Below, piece by piece: positions 9,601 through 19,006 of a DNA stretch of 64,000 nucleotides. Made by a program: the position numbers and the translations under genes. The notes beneath the pieces are model-generated. The model was not told the origin of the DNA, searched no databases, and saw only the letters and a program-made list of their open reading frames with translations. Where the stretch lies: the IMG/VR virus record IMGVR_UViG_3300009431_000005, one strand, 5' to 3'. Every line of letters begins with the position of its first letter. Position 1 is the first letter of the stretch. Source of the DNA: an uncultured virus (IMG/VR IMGVR_UViG_3300009431_000005). Lineage: Duplodnaviria; Heunggongvirae; Uroviricota; Caudoviricetes.

Positions 9601-11546
9601 TTGATCGACTCGCCGTTTGTGTCGAACTCCAGGAGGAGGTGGTACCAGACCCCCGTCTCCATATCCGACTGGATGTGCTTGGTGTTCGTGTTCGGGAACG
9701 CGCCGTGGATGTACTGGACGCGCAGGTAGTTGGCGCTCGTGAGGTACAGTTGGAACGAGCTGTTGCTCTCCAGAAGCGTGTCCCAGTGCGCGAGGATGCA
9801 CGCGCCGTCGACGACCGTGTGGATCTTGAACCACACCTCGTACGTCGACTCGGCCTGCAGCTCGAAGGACGCATAGTCACCGGCAGCCGACTTCAGGTAG
9901 TGGTTCGAGGCTCCTTCGAGATAGACGGCCCTCCGACCGTTGACTTCGACGACCCGCGTACCGCTGATGTCCGCCGAAGCTGCTCCCGCCTCTGCATCGA
10001 GATCGGCCTCGATGATCCGAACAGCGTCGATGTCGGTCGACGCGGCAGCGGCATCCGCGTCGAGGTCCGCATCGTGGAGATCGCCGATGCGGATGAGACC
10101 CCAACGGAAGTTGTTGATGTCCTCAACGTCGTCGGTCGTGTCCCCTGCATTCGCAGTCCCCGTCTTGAAGGCGAAGTCGACGGGCGTGCCGGTGACCCGA
10201 TCGAGCAGGATCGCCAGGGAGAGGGAGGACTCCTCGTGACTGCTGTAGTCGCGGATGTATGCGTTGGCGACGTGGACCTCGTCGTGCGCGGTGCCGTCGG
10301 AGAACAGCTCGATCTCGACCATCTGTCGAGCAGCCGTCCCCGAGTCCTTCACCAAGCCGACGGACATGAAGACGAGGTAATAGGCGTCGTCCTTGACCCG
10401 GATCTCGTACCGCGTCACCCCGGAGGTCGGGAAGAACGCATAGACCGGCGTGTAGTAGCCGCCCAGCTCGTTGAACTGCATGTACTGCGCGGTGCTCTGG
10501 TTCCACGCAGTCCCGCTGTCCAGCGCCGTGCCGCCCGCCCACGCAACCTCACCGCCCGACCCGAGGCCGAACTGGATGATGGTGATCTGCCCCTTGAGCC
10601 CCGTGCCGGTGGTGATCGTGCCGCTCGCGGCGGTCGCAGAGACCTCCAGGGTGATGGTCTTCGTGCCGTCGCCGTCGTGCGTCGTGACGAAGACCCCCGC
10701 AACGGACGACTTGGTGTCGCTGTTTGCGTTTCGGATGTAGCCCTGACACGCAGGCGAACCCTTTAGGTCGGTCCCGTCCTCCTTGAGCTGGAACTCCACG
10801 CTCCCGCGCGTGATCGACCCTTCCAGCGGGCAGTTGAGGAAGATGACGTACGTGCCCGCGTTGTCGATCTCGATGTCGGTCGGCGTCGAGCCAGACCAGC
10901 TATACGAGTTGTCCTCCCGCAGCGGCGTCTCGAAGTTGACCTCTTGCGCCGTGGCTTGGTTGAGGTTCGTGGACGGCGTCGAGCCGCAGTCGTCGAACTC
11001 CGCGCAGAAGATTTGACGAGTGGCGTTCGCCGTCCCCGCATCGGGGAAGGCCCAGACGGTCAGGGACGCCTTGCCGTCGACGCTGACGTCGTTCGACGTC
11101 GACGCGATCCCCTCGACCTCAATCGAAATCTCGTCGTTGACGCTGAGGTCTTGGAGGTAGTAGTAGAGCGTCGTCGTGCCCTGCTCCTGCGTCGTCGCGG
11201 GGGCCGCAAGGCGCATGTACGAGTTGCGCCCGATCGCACTCCCGTGCGCCGTCCCCTCGACGAGAACCTTCGCCTGGATCCGCGCCCGGTTGTTGAGCAC
11301 GCCGACCGCGTCGTCCTCGTGCAGAGGAAGGTTGAGGCAGAGGAGATAGTCCCCCGCCTTCTTGACGACGACGAGTTCGGGCTTGCCGCTGTCCCAATCG
11401 AACCAGTCGTCGTCGTACGCATCCCCGGGATCATCCCAGACGATGGGCTCCGCAGCGGCCGACGCCCTGTTGAAGTTCGTCGGCTCTGTAGCGGAATCGA
11501 CCTCGTCACCCCGAAGGGTGATGGCACGGTACGGCCGGGGAGCCAC
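6633..11546 (-). CDS. Large repetitive fibre/appendage protein (three C1q/BclA-like repeats, LamG-like domain, long acidic ~23-aa repeat tract)
   Basis: Many DIDAVRIVEADLDLxAExA repeats; LamG-like STYEVWFK...WYHLLL...FKGWICKLRHY; repeated AGxYxxxLN strands at the N-terminus. Confidence 0.7.
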   Translation of the reverse strand: MAPRPYRAITLRGDEVDSATEPTNFNRASAAAEPIVWDDPGDAYDDDWFDWDSGKPELVVVKKAGDYLLCLNLPLHEDDAVGVLNNRARIQAKVLVEGTAHGSAIGRNSYMRLAAPATTQEQGTTTLYYYLQDLSVNDEISIEVEGIASTSNDVSVDGKASLTVWAFPDAGTANATRQIFCAEFDDCGSTPSTNLNQATAQEVNFETPLREDNSYSWSGSTPTDIEIDNAGTYVIFLNCPLEGSITRGSVEFQLKEDGTDLKGSPACQGYIRNANSDTKSSVAGVFVTTHDGDGTKTITLEVSATAASGTITTGTGLKGQITIIQFGLGSGGEVAWAGGTALDSGTAWNQSTAQYMQFNELGGYYTPVYAFFPTSGVTRYEIRVKDDAYYLVFMSVGLVKDSGTAARQMVEIELFSDGTAHDEVHVANAYIRDYSSHEESSLSLAILLDRVTGTPVDFAFKTGTANAGDTTDDVEDINNFRWGLIRIGDLHDADLDADAAAASTDIDAVRIIEADLDAEAGAASADISGTRVVEVNGRRAVYLEGASNHYLKSAAGDYASFELQAESTYEVWFKIHTVVDGACILAHWDTLLESNSSFQLYLTSANYLRVQYIHGAFPNTNTKHIQSDMETGVWYHLLLEFDTNGESINWRLSKGPTFGTYVESADSEYTGAPSCDKSMRVGASYTQPAGFKGWICKLRHYPALLDADEHRELWNAGRGRHASELQALGLTDPLVNVECDEYSDASAAVTRSGYAATPDLSDNGWNPSGPGIPYALIPENASSDFDQTRIITADLDAEAEPAEFDTPTDAERIVETTSVGWTAEPVGPLTPIQAYKIIRADLDLEAGPAATDIDATVFQVEGDLDAEAGAAVLDGDQTRIVEATAPFVSPYASAAGGGKIAHKGPLNAEAGPAETEIDLSRVRKAYVYFESESAAADIDGVRIVEADLDLQAEPAETEILGSEAREANMDWLAENPTLDIDALRIVEASLDLQAEDAETEIDGEVTALSGDLAAEAAAATADIDALRIVEADADLDADAVVFDLDALRIVEADLDLQAEAAEADFVGDTGTLGPLDAVAEPAAADIDGVRIVETMTVTLGVLGVPEATTDIDALRIVEANLDLTAEDAATDIDAILFQSEGDLDAQAEPAATDIDAVRIVEASLALEAEPAETAIDADLFQSTGQLDASAAPAAADIDAVRIVEADADLDAEVAAAELDALRIVEANLDLQAEAAEAEIAGDVGLVGPLDAQAGDAATDIDAVRIVEADAALELADFTLDIDALRIVEANLDLQAEPASTSIQGSEEVDADLDLGAAAAVADLDGVRIVEAALDLAAEPAAADIDAGVAIGADLDAAAASPTADIDGVRIVEADLGLEAAPASCEIEAELGVATIDTADLQAEPATTAIEASVIRVTDLAFAPEPPTLVIDGTRIVNADLDTQAEDAAADINSQKVWDGSLVLVSEPAAADLDGVRIVEADLDAAAEDAEAALEGEVPWTVAADLEAEPASADLDGILIHEANLVLVSEPAQASLTGSEAVEAVIGFVAGGATASILGTRIVVANLLAAADDAIGRFHEVIYVWYVDGGVAVFLNGPEDEPITFLPGEAERTTHLTPGLTHKTYLPGAPSLTLFMHP

Positions 11547-11569
11547 GAATCACCCCCTGCCGGGATGGC

Positions 11570-11956
11570 TCACTGAGGAGCCGTGTAGGTCATCGAGTTG
11601 ATGCGGACGGCGTCGTTCGTGCTGATCGACAGCGAGGAAAGCTCCATGTCGCCCCCGCCGCCCGTCGCAGTCACGGTGCCGTTGAAAATCTCGTTGTTGT
11701 CCGAGTCCGTCGCCCGGAAGACCGCAGCGGTGCCCGTCTGAGTGGCCGTGCCCTCGGGAGTGGGCGTGACGTCGCCGGTAGCGACGCCCGCCGAAGCGTC
11801 ACCGAAGGCGGGGTCGTTGAGGTCGATGTCGACGAGCAGCGAGCCGAAGCCGGTGGTGTAGATCCGGATCTTGCCGTCGCCGGTGCCGTCGTCGAAGTGG
11901 TCCACCACGGTGTCGGCGAGTTCGTTCCGAACGGTAGCTACGTGAGTCAGAGCCAT
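11570..11956 (-). CDS. Small virion structural protein (fibre-associated)
   Basis: 128 aa, KIRIYT...GTAAVFRATDS...FNGTVT...GGDM, typical of small phage tail-associated proteins; AAGGAG RBS. Confidence 0.65.
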   Translation of the reverse strand: MALTHVATVRNELADTVVDHFDDGTGDGKIRIYTTGFGSLLVDIDLNDPAFGDASAGVATGDVTPTPEGTATQTGTAAVFRATDSDNNEIFNGTVTATGGGGDMELSSLSISTNDAVRINSMTYTAPQ

Positions 11957-12000
11957 GTCTGTCGCTCCTTGGGCGAGAGGGTGATTCGAGGTCGACGGCT

Positions 12001-12028
12001 ATTCTATCGGGCCGGATCTCCGGGACAA
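12001..12028 (-). promoter_or_regulatory. Putative sigma70-type promoter
   Basis: Minus strand TTGTCC-16 nt-TAGAAT upstream of the 11956 start. Confidence 0.5.
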
Positions 12029-12031
12029 TGC

Positions 12032-13642
12032 CTAGTAGCGGATGACCCAGTTGAGCGCCATCGACGGTGCCATGTTCTGGTGGCCGGACGAAGGCGCAGA
12101 CGGCCCGGTGACTCGCGGCGTCGCCGTCGCAGCGTTGTCCGAGTCCTGCGCGGTGCCTCCCGTCTCTCCACCACCGCTTCCGCTGGTCGCGTACACGTCG
12201 GTGTAGGTGTGGTCGTGCGCGGGGATATAGGCCATCGAGCTGATGGTCACGAGGTCCTCTCCGAAGAGGCCGCCGAGTACGTCCGCCTGCCCGAGCGTGA
12301 CCCGGTTCGCAGGTCCTCGCGCGGTGCCGAAGTTGTCCATCCCCATGATCGCCCGCCCCCGCAGGTCGGGGAGCTTGAAGACGTTGACGTTGGACGGCGT
12401 GCCGTAGATCGTCCCGATGATGAGGAAGAGGTTTTGGTACAGCGTTCGGCTGATCTCCTGCCCGACGCACCGCAGGAAGGGTCCGTCGATCTCCGCGTAG
12501 GGGCCGCAGAAGGGGAGGATCGCGCCGACCGGAACGTCCTGGCCTCCGACAAGTGCGATCTGCGTCTCCAGGTACTGCTTGGTGGCGAGGTCCCCGCCCG
12601 ACGAGGGGTCCGCCATGTTGGTGATCGCGTACGTGGGATCGGTCGGCCCGTCCTGCATGTCCAGGTCGGCCGTCATCGGGTTGGTCCCGGCGAGGTTGAC
12701 GTAGCTCGTCACGAACGCGCTGTACGTCACGTCGAACTCCACCTTCCGGATGAAGTGGTGGGACAGCGTCGCCAGGGCGAGGTTCGTGATTCGGAAGCCG
12801 CCGAGGTTGAGGTCCGCACCCATCTGCACCGTGCCGTCACGTCGCACGATGTCCGAGTTGAGGACCTGCTCCACGTCGTCCTGCGCACCGAAGTACACGT
12901 CGTTGTACTGGTCGCGCGTGACGAGGTCGCCCGCGTCGACGGCGTCCGCAAGGTCGACGACCTTGAACCCGCCCATCGGCAGGTCCCCACGCATGTAGCT
13001 GGGGTCGGCGTACGTCGGGTTCTCGTCGAGTCCGCCGGACATCCCCTCCAGCGTCTGCACGCCCGCCGTGTCCACGCCGGTGATGGTCTGGTTCCCGAGC
13101 GAGCCCGCCACGTCGCAGGTGAGCCGCACGATCCCTGAGAGCCCGGTGACGGCGCTGATCTCGATGGCGTCGTCGTTGATCGCTTGGATCAGGTTCGCAG
13201 CCGTGGTCTGCGCGTCCGATCCGATCTGCACGGCGACGTTCGAGCCGGAGACGCTGCCGTTGCTGTCGAACTCGAAGGTGACCGTCACACCCTGGCCGTC
13301 GTTGAGCGTGACCGAGTCGGTGTCGTTGGGGAGGCCCGAGAGCGTGATGAGACCCGTAGCAGCGGTCAGCACGTCGACGCGGATGTTGGACGAGCCGTCG
13401 CGGTCGATGAAGTGCGCCTGGATCGCGTTGATGTTGGTGATGAGCTGATTCGCCAGAGCACGCAGCGTCTCCGTGCGGCTGTCGACGTACTCCGCGACGC
13501 GGTTCTCAGGCGAGGTCTCCGGGTCATCCGCGACGACCAGCTCCGTCGGGATGACCGGATCGAGCAGCGGGTACGAGCCCAGCGGATCCGTCCCCGAGGG
13601 GTCGGGAATCTGCGTGACAGCGATCGGGGGCCACTCAGCCAT
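12032..13642 (-). CDS. Tail fibre protein with tail-collar domain and inserted ~110-aa module
   Basis: PVGAILPF...FLRCVGQEISRTLYQNLF...FKLPDLRGR collar motif; HDHT; C-terminal HQNMAPSMALNWVIRY. Confidence 0.85.
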   Translation of the reverse strand: MAEWPPIAVTQIPDPSGTDPLGSYPLLDPVIPTELVVADDPETSPENRVAEYVDSRTETLRALANQLITNINAIQAHFIDRDGSSNIRVDVLTAATGLITLSGLPNDTDSVTLNDGQGVTVTFEFDSNGSVSGSNVAVQIGSDAQTTAANLIQAINDDAIEISAVTGLSGIVRLTCDVAGSLGNQTITGVDTAGVQTLEGMSGGLDENPTYADPSYMRGDLPMGGFKVVDLADAVDAGDLVTRDQYNDVYFGAQDDVEQVLNSDIVRRDGTVQMGADLNLGGFRITNLALATLSHHFIRKVEFDVTYSAFVTSYVNLAGTNPMTADLDMQDGPTDPTYAITNMADPSSGGDLATKQYLETQIALVGGQDVPVGAILPFCGPYAEIDGPFLRCVGQEISRTLYQNLFLIIGTIYGTPSNVNVFKLPDLRGRAIMGMDNFGTARGPANRVTLGQADVLGGLFGEDLVTISSMAYIPAHDHTYTDVYATSGSGGGETGGTAQDSDNAATATPRVTGPSAPSSGHQNMAPSMALNWVIRY

Positions 13643-13646
13643 AGGA

Positions 13647-14891
13647 CTAGAACTTGATGATCACGAACATCGCCATGCACGGCTGCAGGTTGTTGTGGGC
13701 ACCGCCACCACCTGCCGAGCCGGTCGAGGGCGTCGGACTGATCGTGTCGAAGTCGGACGTGCTTCCCGTCGCGGACGGGCCGAGCAGCGAGCCGCCGGTC
13801 GCGCCCGAGATGTAGTAGTCGTCGTACGTGTGCGTGTGCGCGGGGATCTGGTTGACGGTCAGCGTCACCTCCTCCTCGCCGAGCGTTCCGCCGAGCACGT
13901 CGGCCTGGGGGTCCGTGACCACGAAGGCCGAGGTCCCGCCCATGTTGTCCATCCCGAAGGCGATCCGCCCTCGGAAGTCGGGCAGGCGGAACTCGCCGCC
14001 GGGCTCGCCGCCGGTGTTGTACAGCGTGCTGATGACGGCATAGAGGTTCCCGTACGTGGAGATCGGAACCGTGCTGCCGTCGCAGACGAGCCAGCCGGTC
14101 GGCGTCGCGGTGGCTGCGTTCCCCGCGTAGTAGGCGATCGTCCCGGGGGGCGTCTCGGCGATGTCGCTGATGACTTGGAGCAGGTACGCGCGAGAGATCG
14201 CGTCGCCGTCGGAGGACGGGACACCTTGGTCGTGGTTGATGACCTTGTTCCCGCCCATGTCGAGGTTGCCGACCATCGCCAGCGAGCCGTCGCGCTTCAG
14301 ATACCCGTCCTGAAGCGTCCCGAACTGCGTGTCGGCGTAGTCCTTGGTCACCGCGTCGTTCGCGTTGATGGGGTCGGCCACGTTGATGGCCTGATTGTTC
14401 CCCATGTTCAGGTTCGCCAGCATTGCCAGCGTCCCGTCGCGCCGCACGAAGTCGGTCAGCGAAGCGTTGAGCGTGTTGAGGAAGGTCTCCAGCGTGTCGA
14501 GCTGGCCCTTGTTCACGCCGTCGGTGTCGGCGGTGCCTGCCGCCATATCGGTGACGCGGAACGCGGTCGAAGTCCCCGCGTCGGTCATCGACAGGTTGCC
14601 CTTCATGTAGCTGGGCGAGGGCGAACCGCCCACCACAGCGTCCGCGCCGTCGCGGTGGAGCAGGTTCGTGTTGAGCGCGTTGACCGCCCCGACGACCTCG
14701 TTCATGAGTGCGCGCAGCGACTCGGTGCGCAAGTCGAGCGCACGCGGCTGCCGGTTGGCAGCTTCCGGCCCAACCGAGTCTCCGACGGTGAGGTCCTCCA
14801 GGAGCGGGTACGTGTTCGTCGTGACCGTGAGGTCAGTGCTCGTCGGGTCTTCGATCGTGTCGATCGGGATGTTCGGGATCTCGGTGGTCAT
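13647..14891 (-). CDS. Tail fibre protein with tail-collar domain
   Basis: PPGTIAYYAG...GWLVCDG...FRLPDFRGR; IPAHTHT; HNNLQPCMAMFVIIK; DAVTKDY shaft repeats. Confidence 0.9.
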   Translation of the reverse strand: MTTEIPNIPIDTIEDPTSTDLTVTTNTYPLLEDLTVGDSVGPEAANRQPRALDLRTESLRALMNEVVGAVNALNTNLLHRDGADAVVGGSPSPSYMKGNLSMTDAGTSTAFRVTDMAAGTADTDGVNKGQLDTLETFLNTLNASLTDFVRRDGTLAMLANLNMGNNQAINVADPINANDAVTKDYADTQFGTLQDGYLKRDGSLAMVGNLDMGGNKVINHDQGVPSSDGDAISRAYLLQVISDIAETPPGTIAYYAGNAATATPTGWLVCDGSTVPISTYGNLYAVISTLYNTGGEPGGEFRLPDFRGRIAFGMDNMGGTSAFVVTDPQADVLGGTLGEEEVTLTVNQIPAHTHTYDDYYISGATGGSLLGPSATGSTSDFDTISPTPSTGSAGGGGAHNNLQPCMAMFVIIKF

Positions 14892-14894
14892 GGC

Positions 14895-15464
14895 TCAGGC
14901 CCTGGCGAAGACGAAGTCGTGGTCGAACTGCACGCCGAAGCCCGCCACGATGGCCTCGGGAGAGAAAGTCGTCCGGGCAAAGAGCGCGTCGTTCTCGATG
15001 AAGAGAGCCTCCTCCGTCACCTGATCCCCGGTGAACAGTCCCGCAGCGATGAGCCCACTCCAACGCACGGTGTAGTTGCCAGGGTACGCGACGGTCGGCG
15101 TCACCGAAGTCAGCGGCGTCGGGTCCTCCAGGTCGTTGTCGGCAGCCGCCGGAGCGGTCGGGCTGTTGAGGTTGCCGAACTTCATCGTGTCGACCTTGAG
15201 GCTGTTGACGTCCGTCACGCCGAACGTGTCGGTGCCGTTGGTCACGTCCGGCGCGGCGAGTCCGAAGCCCACGAGCCGAGAGATCGCGGAGAGCCCGAGG
15301 TCCACGACCATGTTCGAGATGGTCTGCCGTAGCTCGGCGACGCCTGCGAACCGAAGGCCCTGGAGGGTGACCGGGTCGATGGGTCCGCCCCGCCCATACT
15401 CGTCGAGCACGTCGGATCGAACGCGGGTGATCCGCAGCGTTCCTTTGAGGGTGATCCCGTCCAT
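14895..15464 (-). CDS. Baseplate/fibre-attachment protein
   Basis: Start reassigned to MDGITLKG; NMVVDLG...EEALF...LFARTTF pattern typical of fibre-proximal baseplate proteins. Confidence 0.65.
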   Translation of the reverse strand: MDGITLKGTLRITRVRSDVLDEYGRGGPIDPVTLQGLRFAGVAELRQTISNMVVDLGLSAISRLVGFGLAAPDVTNGTDTFGVTDVNSLKVDTMKFGNLNSPTAPAAADNDLEDPTPLTSVTPTVAYPGNYTVRWSGLIAAGLFTGDQVTEEALFIENDALFARTTFSPEAIVAGFGVQFDHDFVFARA

Positions 15465-15466
15465 AC

Positions 15467-16861
15467 CTAGACCTGCGAGATGTTGAGCGAGTCGGCGACA
15501 GTGACCCCCTCCGGAGCGGACGTCACCGAGTGATCCGTGACGAAGTACCGGATGCGCACATGCGCAGGGAGGACGTAGAGAACGAAGAACTCCGCCACCT
15601 CTTGCTTGATGGCGTTGTCGATCACCTGCAGCGGGTCGCCGTTGAGCGCGTTGACGTGGACCGCGACCTGACTCGCGGGATAGTACGTGGAAGGCGCGTC
15701 GACGTCGTACCCGATCGGCTTCTCGATGTAGTCGTTCGGCCCTCCTCCGGGGATGACCCACACGTTGTTGACGTACCCGGTGTACCCGAGCATCCGCAAC
15801 GCCTGCACGAAGGACTGCGCGGTGCCCTTCGCCTTCTGGATCTCGATGAATTGCCGGACGAACTCGCGCTTCTGCTGCGCAGGCGTCTCGTACAGCACGC
15901 CCAGGCCGAAGTTGTGCGCGAGGAAGGACACGTACCCGTCCGGCACTTCGGTCGGGTCGAGGAAGTCGCGCAGGCGCGCGGTGTCGTACGACCACTCCGC
16001 CATGCACAGCCCGCACAGCTTCGCGTAGTAGTCATAGACCCCCGAGGGATCGAGGAGCTGGAAGACGAACTGCCCGTCGAGGTTCCTCTGGGGCTGCGTG
16101 TAGTAGGTCTCCCAGATGCCCACCGTGGCATTCCACCTGCGGACCTCGCAGGTGTCCTTGATGACCACGACCTCCCACGGGTCCGGATCGCGGAAGCGCA
16201 GGGCCAGCGTCCCCGTCCCGTCGTCGATCACCATGCCGATCCGATTGGCGAGCGCACCGAAGCTCGCAAAGGTGGTGTCGTTCACCGGATCGAAGTCGGA
16301 GGCGACGATGAAGGGCTCGTTCTCGTTGATCTGCCAGACGCCGCCGACAGTCACGAAGCCATAGTGGTCGACCTGATCGTAGTAGATCAGCCACGGGAAC
16401 GAAGGTCGCACACCGGCCTGATCGGCGAAGATGTCGCGCGTCAGGTCGGTGAAGGTGAAGAGGACCAGCTCGCCGAGAACCGCAGGAGCGACGACGATCG
16501 TCGGCTGATCCAGCTTGATGTTGAGCCCCGTCGTCCCCAAAGGGAAGCCGGGAGACTCGACGACATTGTCGGTGATGACCGCGTTGGTGACGAAGCTGCC
16601 GGAGACGACCACCGTCCCCGTGACGAGCGGGTCGGGACCCGCAACCGTCAGCGGAAGCTCGCCACCGAGGACCTGAACGTCACTCTTGAGGCGCGGGTTG
16701 TGCGGCCATACAGAGCCGAACTCCCCGTTGTCCATCCAGTGGTACAGATACGCCTGGGCGGTAACGACACGATCGGTGACGAGCGGGCGGAGCAGCTCGC
16801 CCGTCACCGAAGCCGTCGCCGTTACCAGCGCATCGGCACCCTGAATGTAGTAGTCCGCCAC
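15467..16861 (-). CDS. Baseplate wedge protein (P2 gpI / T4 gp7-like C-terminal part)
   Basis: LDPTEVPDGYVSFLAHNFG...KAKGTAQSF...VLPAHV; located after the J-like wedge gene. Confidence 0.75.
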   Translation of the reverse strand: MADYYIQGADALVTATASVTGELLRPLVTDRVVTAQAYLYHWMDNGEFGSVWPHNPRLKSDVQVLGGELPLTVAGPDPLVTGTVVVSGSFVTNAVITDNVVESPGFPLGTTGLNIKLDQPTIVVAPAVLGELVLFTFTDLTRDIFADQAGVRPSFPWLIYYDQVDHYGFVTVGGVWQINENEPFIVASDFDPVNDTTFASFGALANRIGMVIDDGTGTLALRFRDPDPWEVVVIKDTCEVRRWNATVGIWETYYTQPQRNLDGQFVFQLLDPSGVYDYYAKLCGLCMAEWSYDTARLRDFLDPTEVPDGYVSFLAHNFGLGVLYETPAQQKREFVRQFIEIQKAKGTAQSFVQALRMLGYTGYVNNVWVIPGGGPNDYIEKPIGYDVDAPSTYYPASQVAVHVNALNGDPLQVIDNAIKQEVAEFFVLYVLPAHVRIRYFVTDHSVTSAPEGVTVADSLNISQV

Positions 16862-16885
16862 GTCCTACCCCCGAGCCGCTTCGGA

Positions 16886-17323
16886 TCAGGTCAGGCGGAT
16901 GATCAGGTCGTCGGCCGTGATGGAGTCGCCGTCGTTGAGCGTGATCGCAGAGCTGCGCTCCCACCACGCGATCGGGTTGTCGTCGGCGTCGCTGGCGAAG
17001 GCCCCCGCGACGTTGGCGATCGAACCGCCGGAGGCCGTCCACGTCTGGTCGACGAGCTGGATCTCCACGTTCCCGGAGGTGATCTGCACCGTCCAGGAGC
17101 CCGCGAGGCCCGTCTTCGCCGCGTAGCCGCCGCCGGACGCCTCCACCCACGTCGCCGAATCGTGCTCCTTGTGCGGCGTCGACGCGGAGGTGTACAGGTG
17201 CAGCTCGACGGCCATCTTCTTGATGCCGCCCGTGTTGGTGGTGGTCCCAGTGATCCCGGACTCGGAACGGTCGTCCTCGTTCAGCGCGATCGTCTGGCCG
17301 TAGTTCGTGAGGCTGTTCGCCAT
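16886..17323 (-). CDS. Small tail-associated structural protein
   Basis: LHLYT...VEASGGGYA...WTASGGSI...ITLNDGDSIT. Confidence 0.65.
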   Translation of the reverse strand: MANSLTNYGQTIALNEDDRSESGITGTTTNTGGIKKMAVELHLYTSASTPHKEHDSATWVEASGGGYAAKTGLAGSWTVQITSGNVEIQLVDQTWTASGGSIANVAGAFASDADDNPIAWWERSSAITLNDGDSITADDLIIRLT

Positions 17324-17335
17324 TGGAAATCTCTC

Positions 17336-19006
17336 CTATGCGGTCTGGAGGTCGAAGGACAGGGTCCTCAAGTTGATGGCTTGGATGTTCGGGTTGTCGA
17401 CGGCGGTCGTGTACGTCACCTCATTGTCGTACAGGTACGCATCGTCGTAGTAGACGCGGTCGTTTGCTCCCGGGACGAGAAGGTCCTGGAGCGGCAGGAA
17501 GGGACCACCCACCGCGCCAGTCGGATCCTGGTCCGTGCGGAACTCCTCCAGGATCACGGTCGGCGGGTTGTCCCAGTCGATGTGCTCCCACACGATCCGC
17601 TCGATCGTGAAGTGGAGCACCCCCGGCACGCTGAGCAGCGTGTCGTAGATGTCGGCGATGCGGATGGCGAAGCCCGTGGACTCCTCGAACAGAGTCACGA
17701 GCGCCTCCACGATGTCCTCGTGAACGTCGGCCGCCGCGAACAGCGTCTTGTTGTACGCGACGCGACCCAGGTACAGGTCGACCTGCGAGACCGTCGGACG
17801 AACCACGAGGTTGTGGACCGTCGCCGTCGTGCGCGGGCGCAGGTACTGCTGCACCGCATAGACGCGATTCGCGGGGACCTGGGTGTAGCGGTCGTACGAG
17901 AGCGTCGAGCTGATCGCGGACTCGGGCGAGGTCGACGTGAAGTTGACCTGCTCCGTGTCCCAGACGTGAACGCGGACGATGTTCCCGCTGTACGAGGAGA
18001 GCGGCACGTCCGCGTACACGAGCGCGACGCCGCCCAAGTTCTGAGTGGTGTCCGCATAGTCCTCGACGGTGCGAACCTCGTCCAAGGTGCGGATGAAAGC
18101 CGGGATCGAGAGACGCATCTCGTCGACGGACTCTCGATCGGTGCCGCCGGTCGCGGGCGTCTGGTCGTTGTTGACTGCGATCGAGGCGGTCGTCCCCAGG
18201 CCGATCACCGTCGCCTGCACGCTGCCCTTGATCGTGTTCGTCGCCGCGTTCCCCGACGCACCGTTCGTAGTGCGGTACACGATGTTGACCGTGTCGTCGG
18301 GGATCTTGCCCGAGTTGCCGTCACCGAAGACGACGTGCAGCTTGCCGTCGCCGTCGAACCACACCTCGTACGTCTCGCTCGCGGAGGTCTCGAAGCTGAC
18401 GTTCCCGACCTGCACCCACTCGTTCGTCGGAATCGCGGTCGAGCCGATGAACACATCCCACGAGGCATCCTCGACGACGGCGCGACTCGTCACGAACTCC
18501 TGCCGCGCAGCGCGTGTGGGCGTGAACGAGTCGGTGTACGTGGTCCCCTCCTGCAGCGTCAGCGAGAGGACCGAGGAACCCGGCGTGATGATGTAGTCGG
18601 CGACCAGTTCGTACTTGAGCCCATTCGCCCCTGTGATGAAGGTCCCCGCCGCGATGGTCGCGCCGTTGAGCACCACGTCGGAAGGCAGGGTCTCCGAGCG
18701 CACGACGGTCTGCGCAGCGCGGGCCGAAACCGGCACGTATCCAACGGAGCGGGCGAAGCGAAGCGCGCTCTCCTGACGGCGCGCGGTCGAGAGGTAGATT
18801 TCCTGCGCGAGCACGTCCTGTCCGTGCGAGACGATGTCGCCCACGAAGGCGACCATCTCCAGGAGTGCGATCCCGAGGTTCGACTCGTAGAAGTCCGTCC
18901 AGAGGTCCTCGCGCGTCGCCTGGATGAAGGACTGCAGGTGCGTGCGAATCGTCGGGAAGTCCCGAGCGGTGTAGTCGATGACAGGATCGGCAGTAAGAGT
19001 CGCCAT
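17336..19006 (-). CDS. Baseplate wedge protein (T4 gp6 / P2 gpJ-like)
   Basis: DYTARDF, WTDFYESNLGIALLE, FGDGNSGKIP, ATGGTDRES...RTVEDY. Confidence 0.9.
   Translation of the reverse strand: MATLTADPVIDYTARDFPTIRTHLQSFIQATREDLWTDFYESNLGIALLEMVAFVGDIVSHGQDVLAQEIYLSTARRQESALRFARSVGYVPVSARAAQTVVRSETLPSDVVLNGATIAAGTFITGANGLKYELVADYIITPGSSVLSLTLQEGTTYTDSFTPTRAARQEFVTSRAVVEDASWDVFIGSTAIPTNEWVQVGNVSFETSASETYEVWFDGDGKLHVVFGDGNSGKIPDDTVNIVYRTTNGASGNAATNTIKGSVQATVIGLGTTASIAVNNDQTPATGGTDRESVDEMRLSIPAFIRTLDEVRTVEDYADTTQNLGGVALVYADVPLSSYSGNIVRVHVWDTEQVNFTSTSPESAISSTLSYDRYTQVPANRVYAVQQYLRPRTTATVHNLVVRPTVSQVDLYLGRVAYNKTLFAAADVHEDIVEALVTLFEESTGFAIRIADIYDTLLSVPGVLHFTIERIVWEHIDWDNPPTVILEEFRTDQDPTGAVGGPFLPLQDLLVPGANDRVYYDDAYLYDNEVTYTTAVDNPNIQAINLRTLSFDLQTA

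Noticed and set aside
12032..14891. Diversity-generating retroelement targeting the two fibre C-termini
   Set aside because: No reverse transcriptase in the window and no adenine-specific TR/VR pair seen; the similarity is ordinary paralogy
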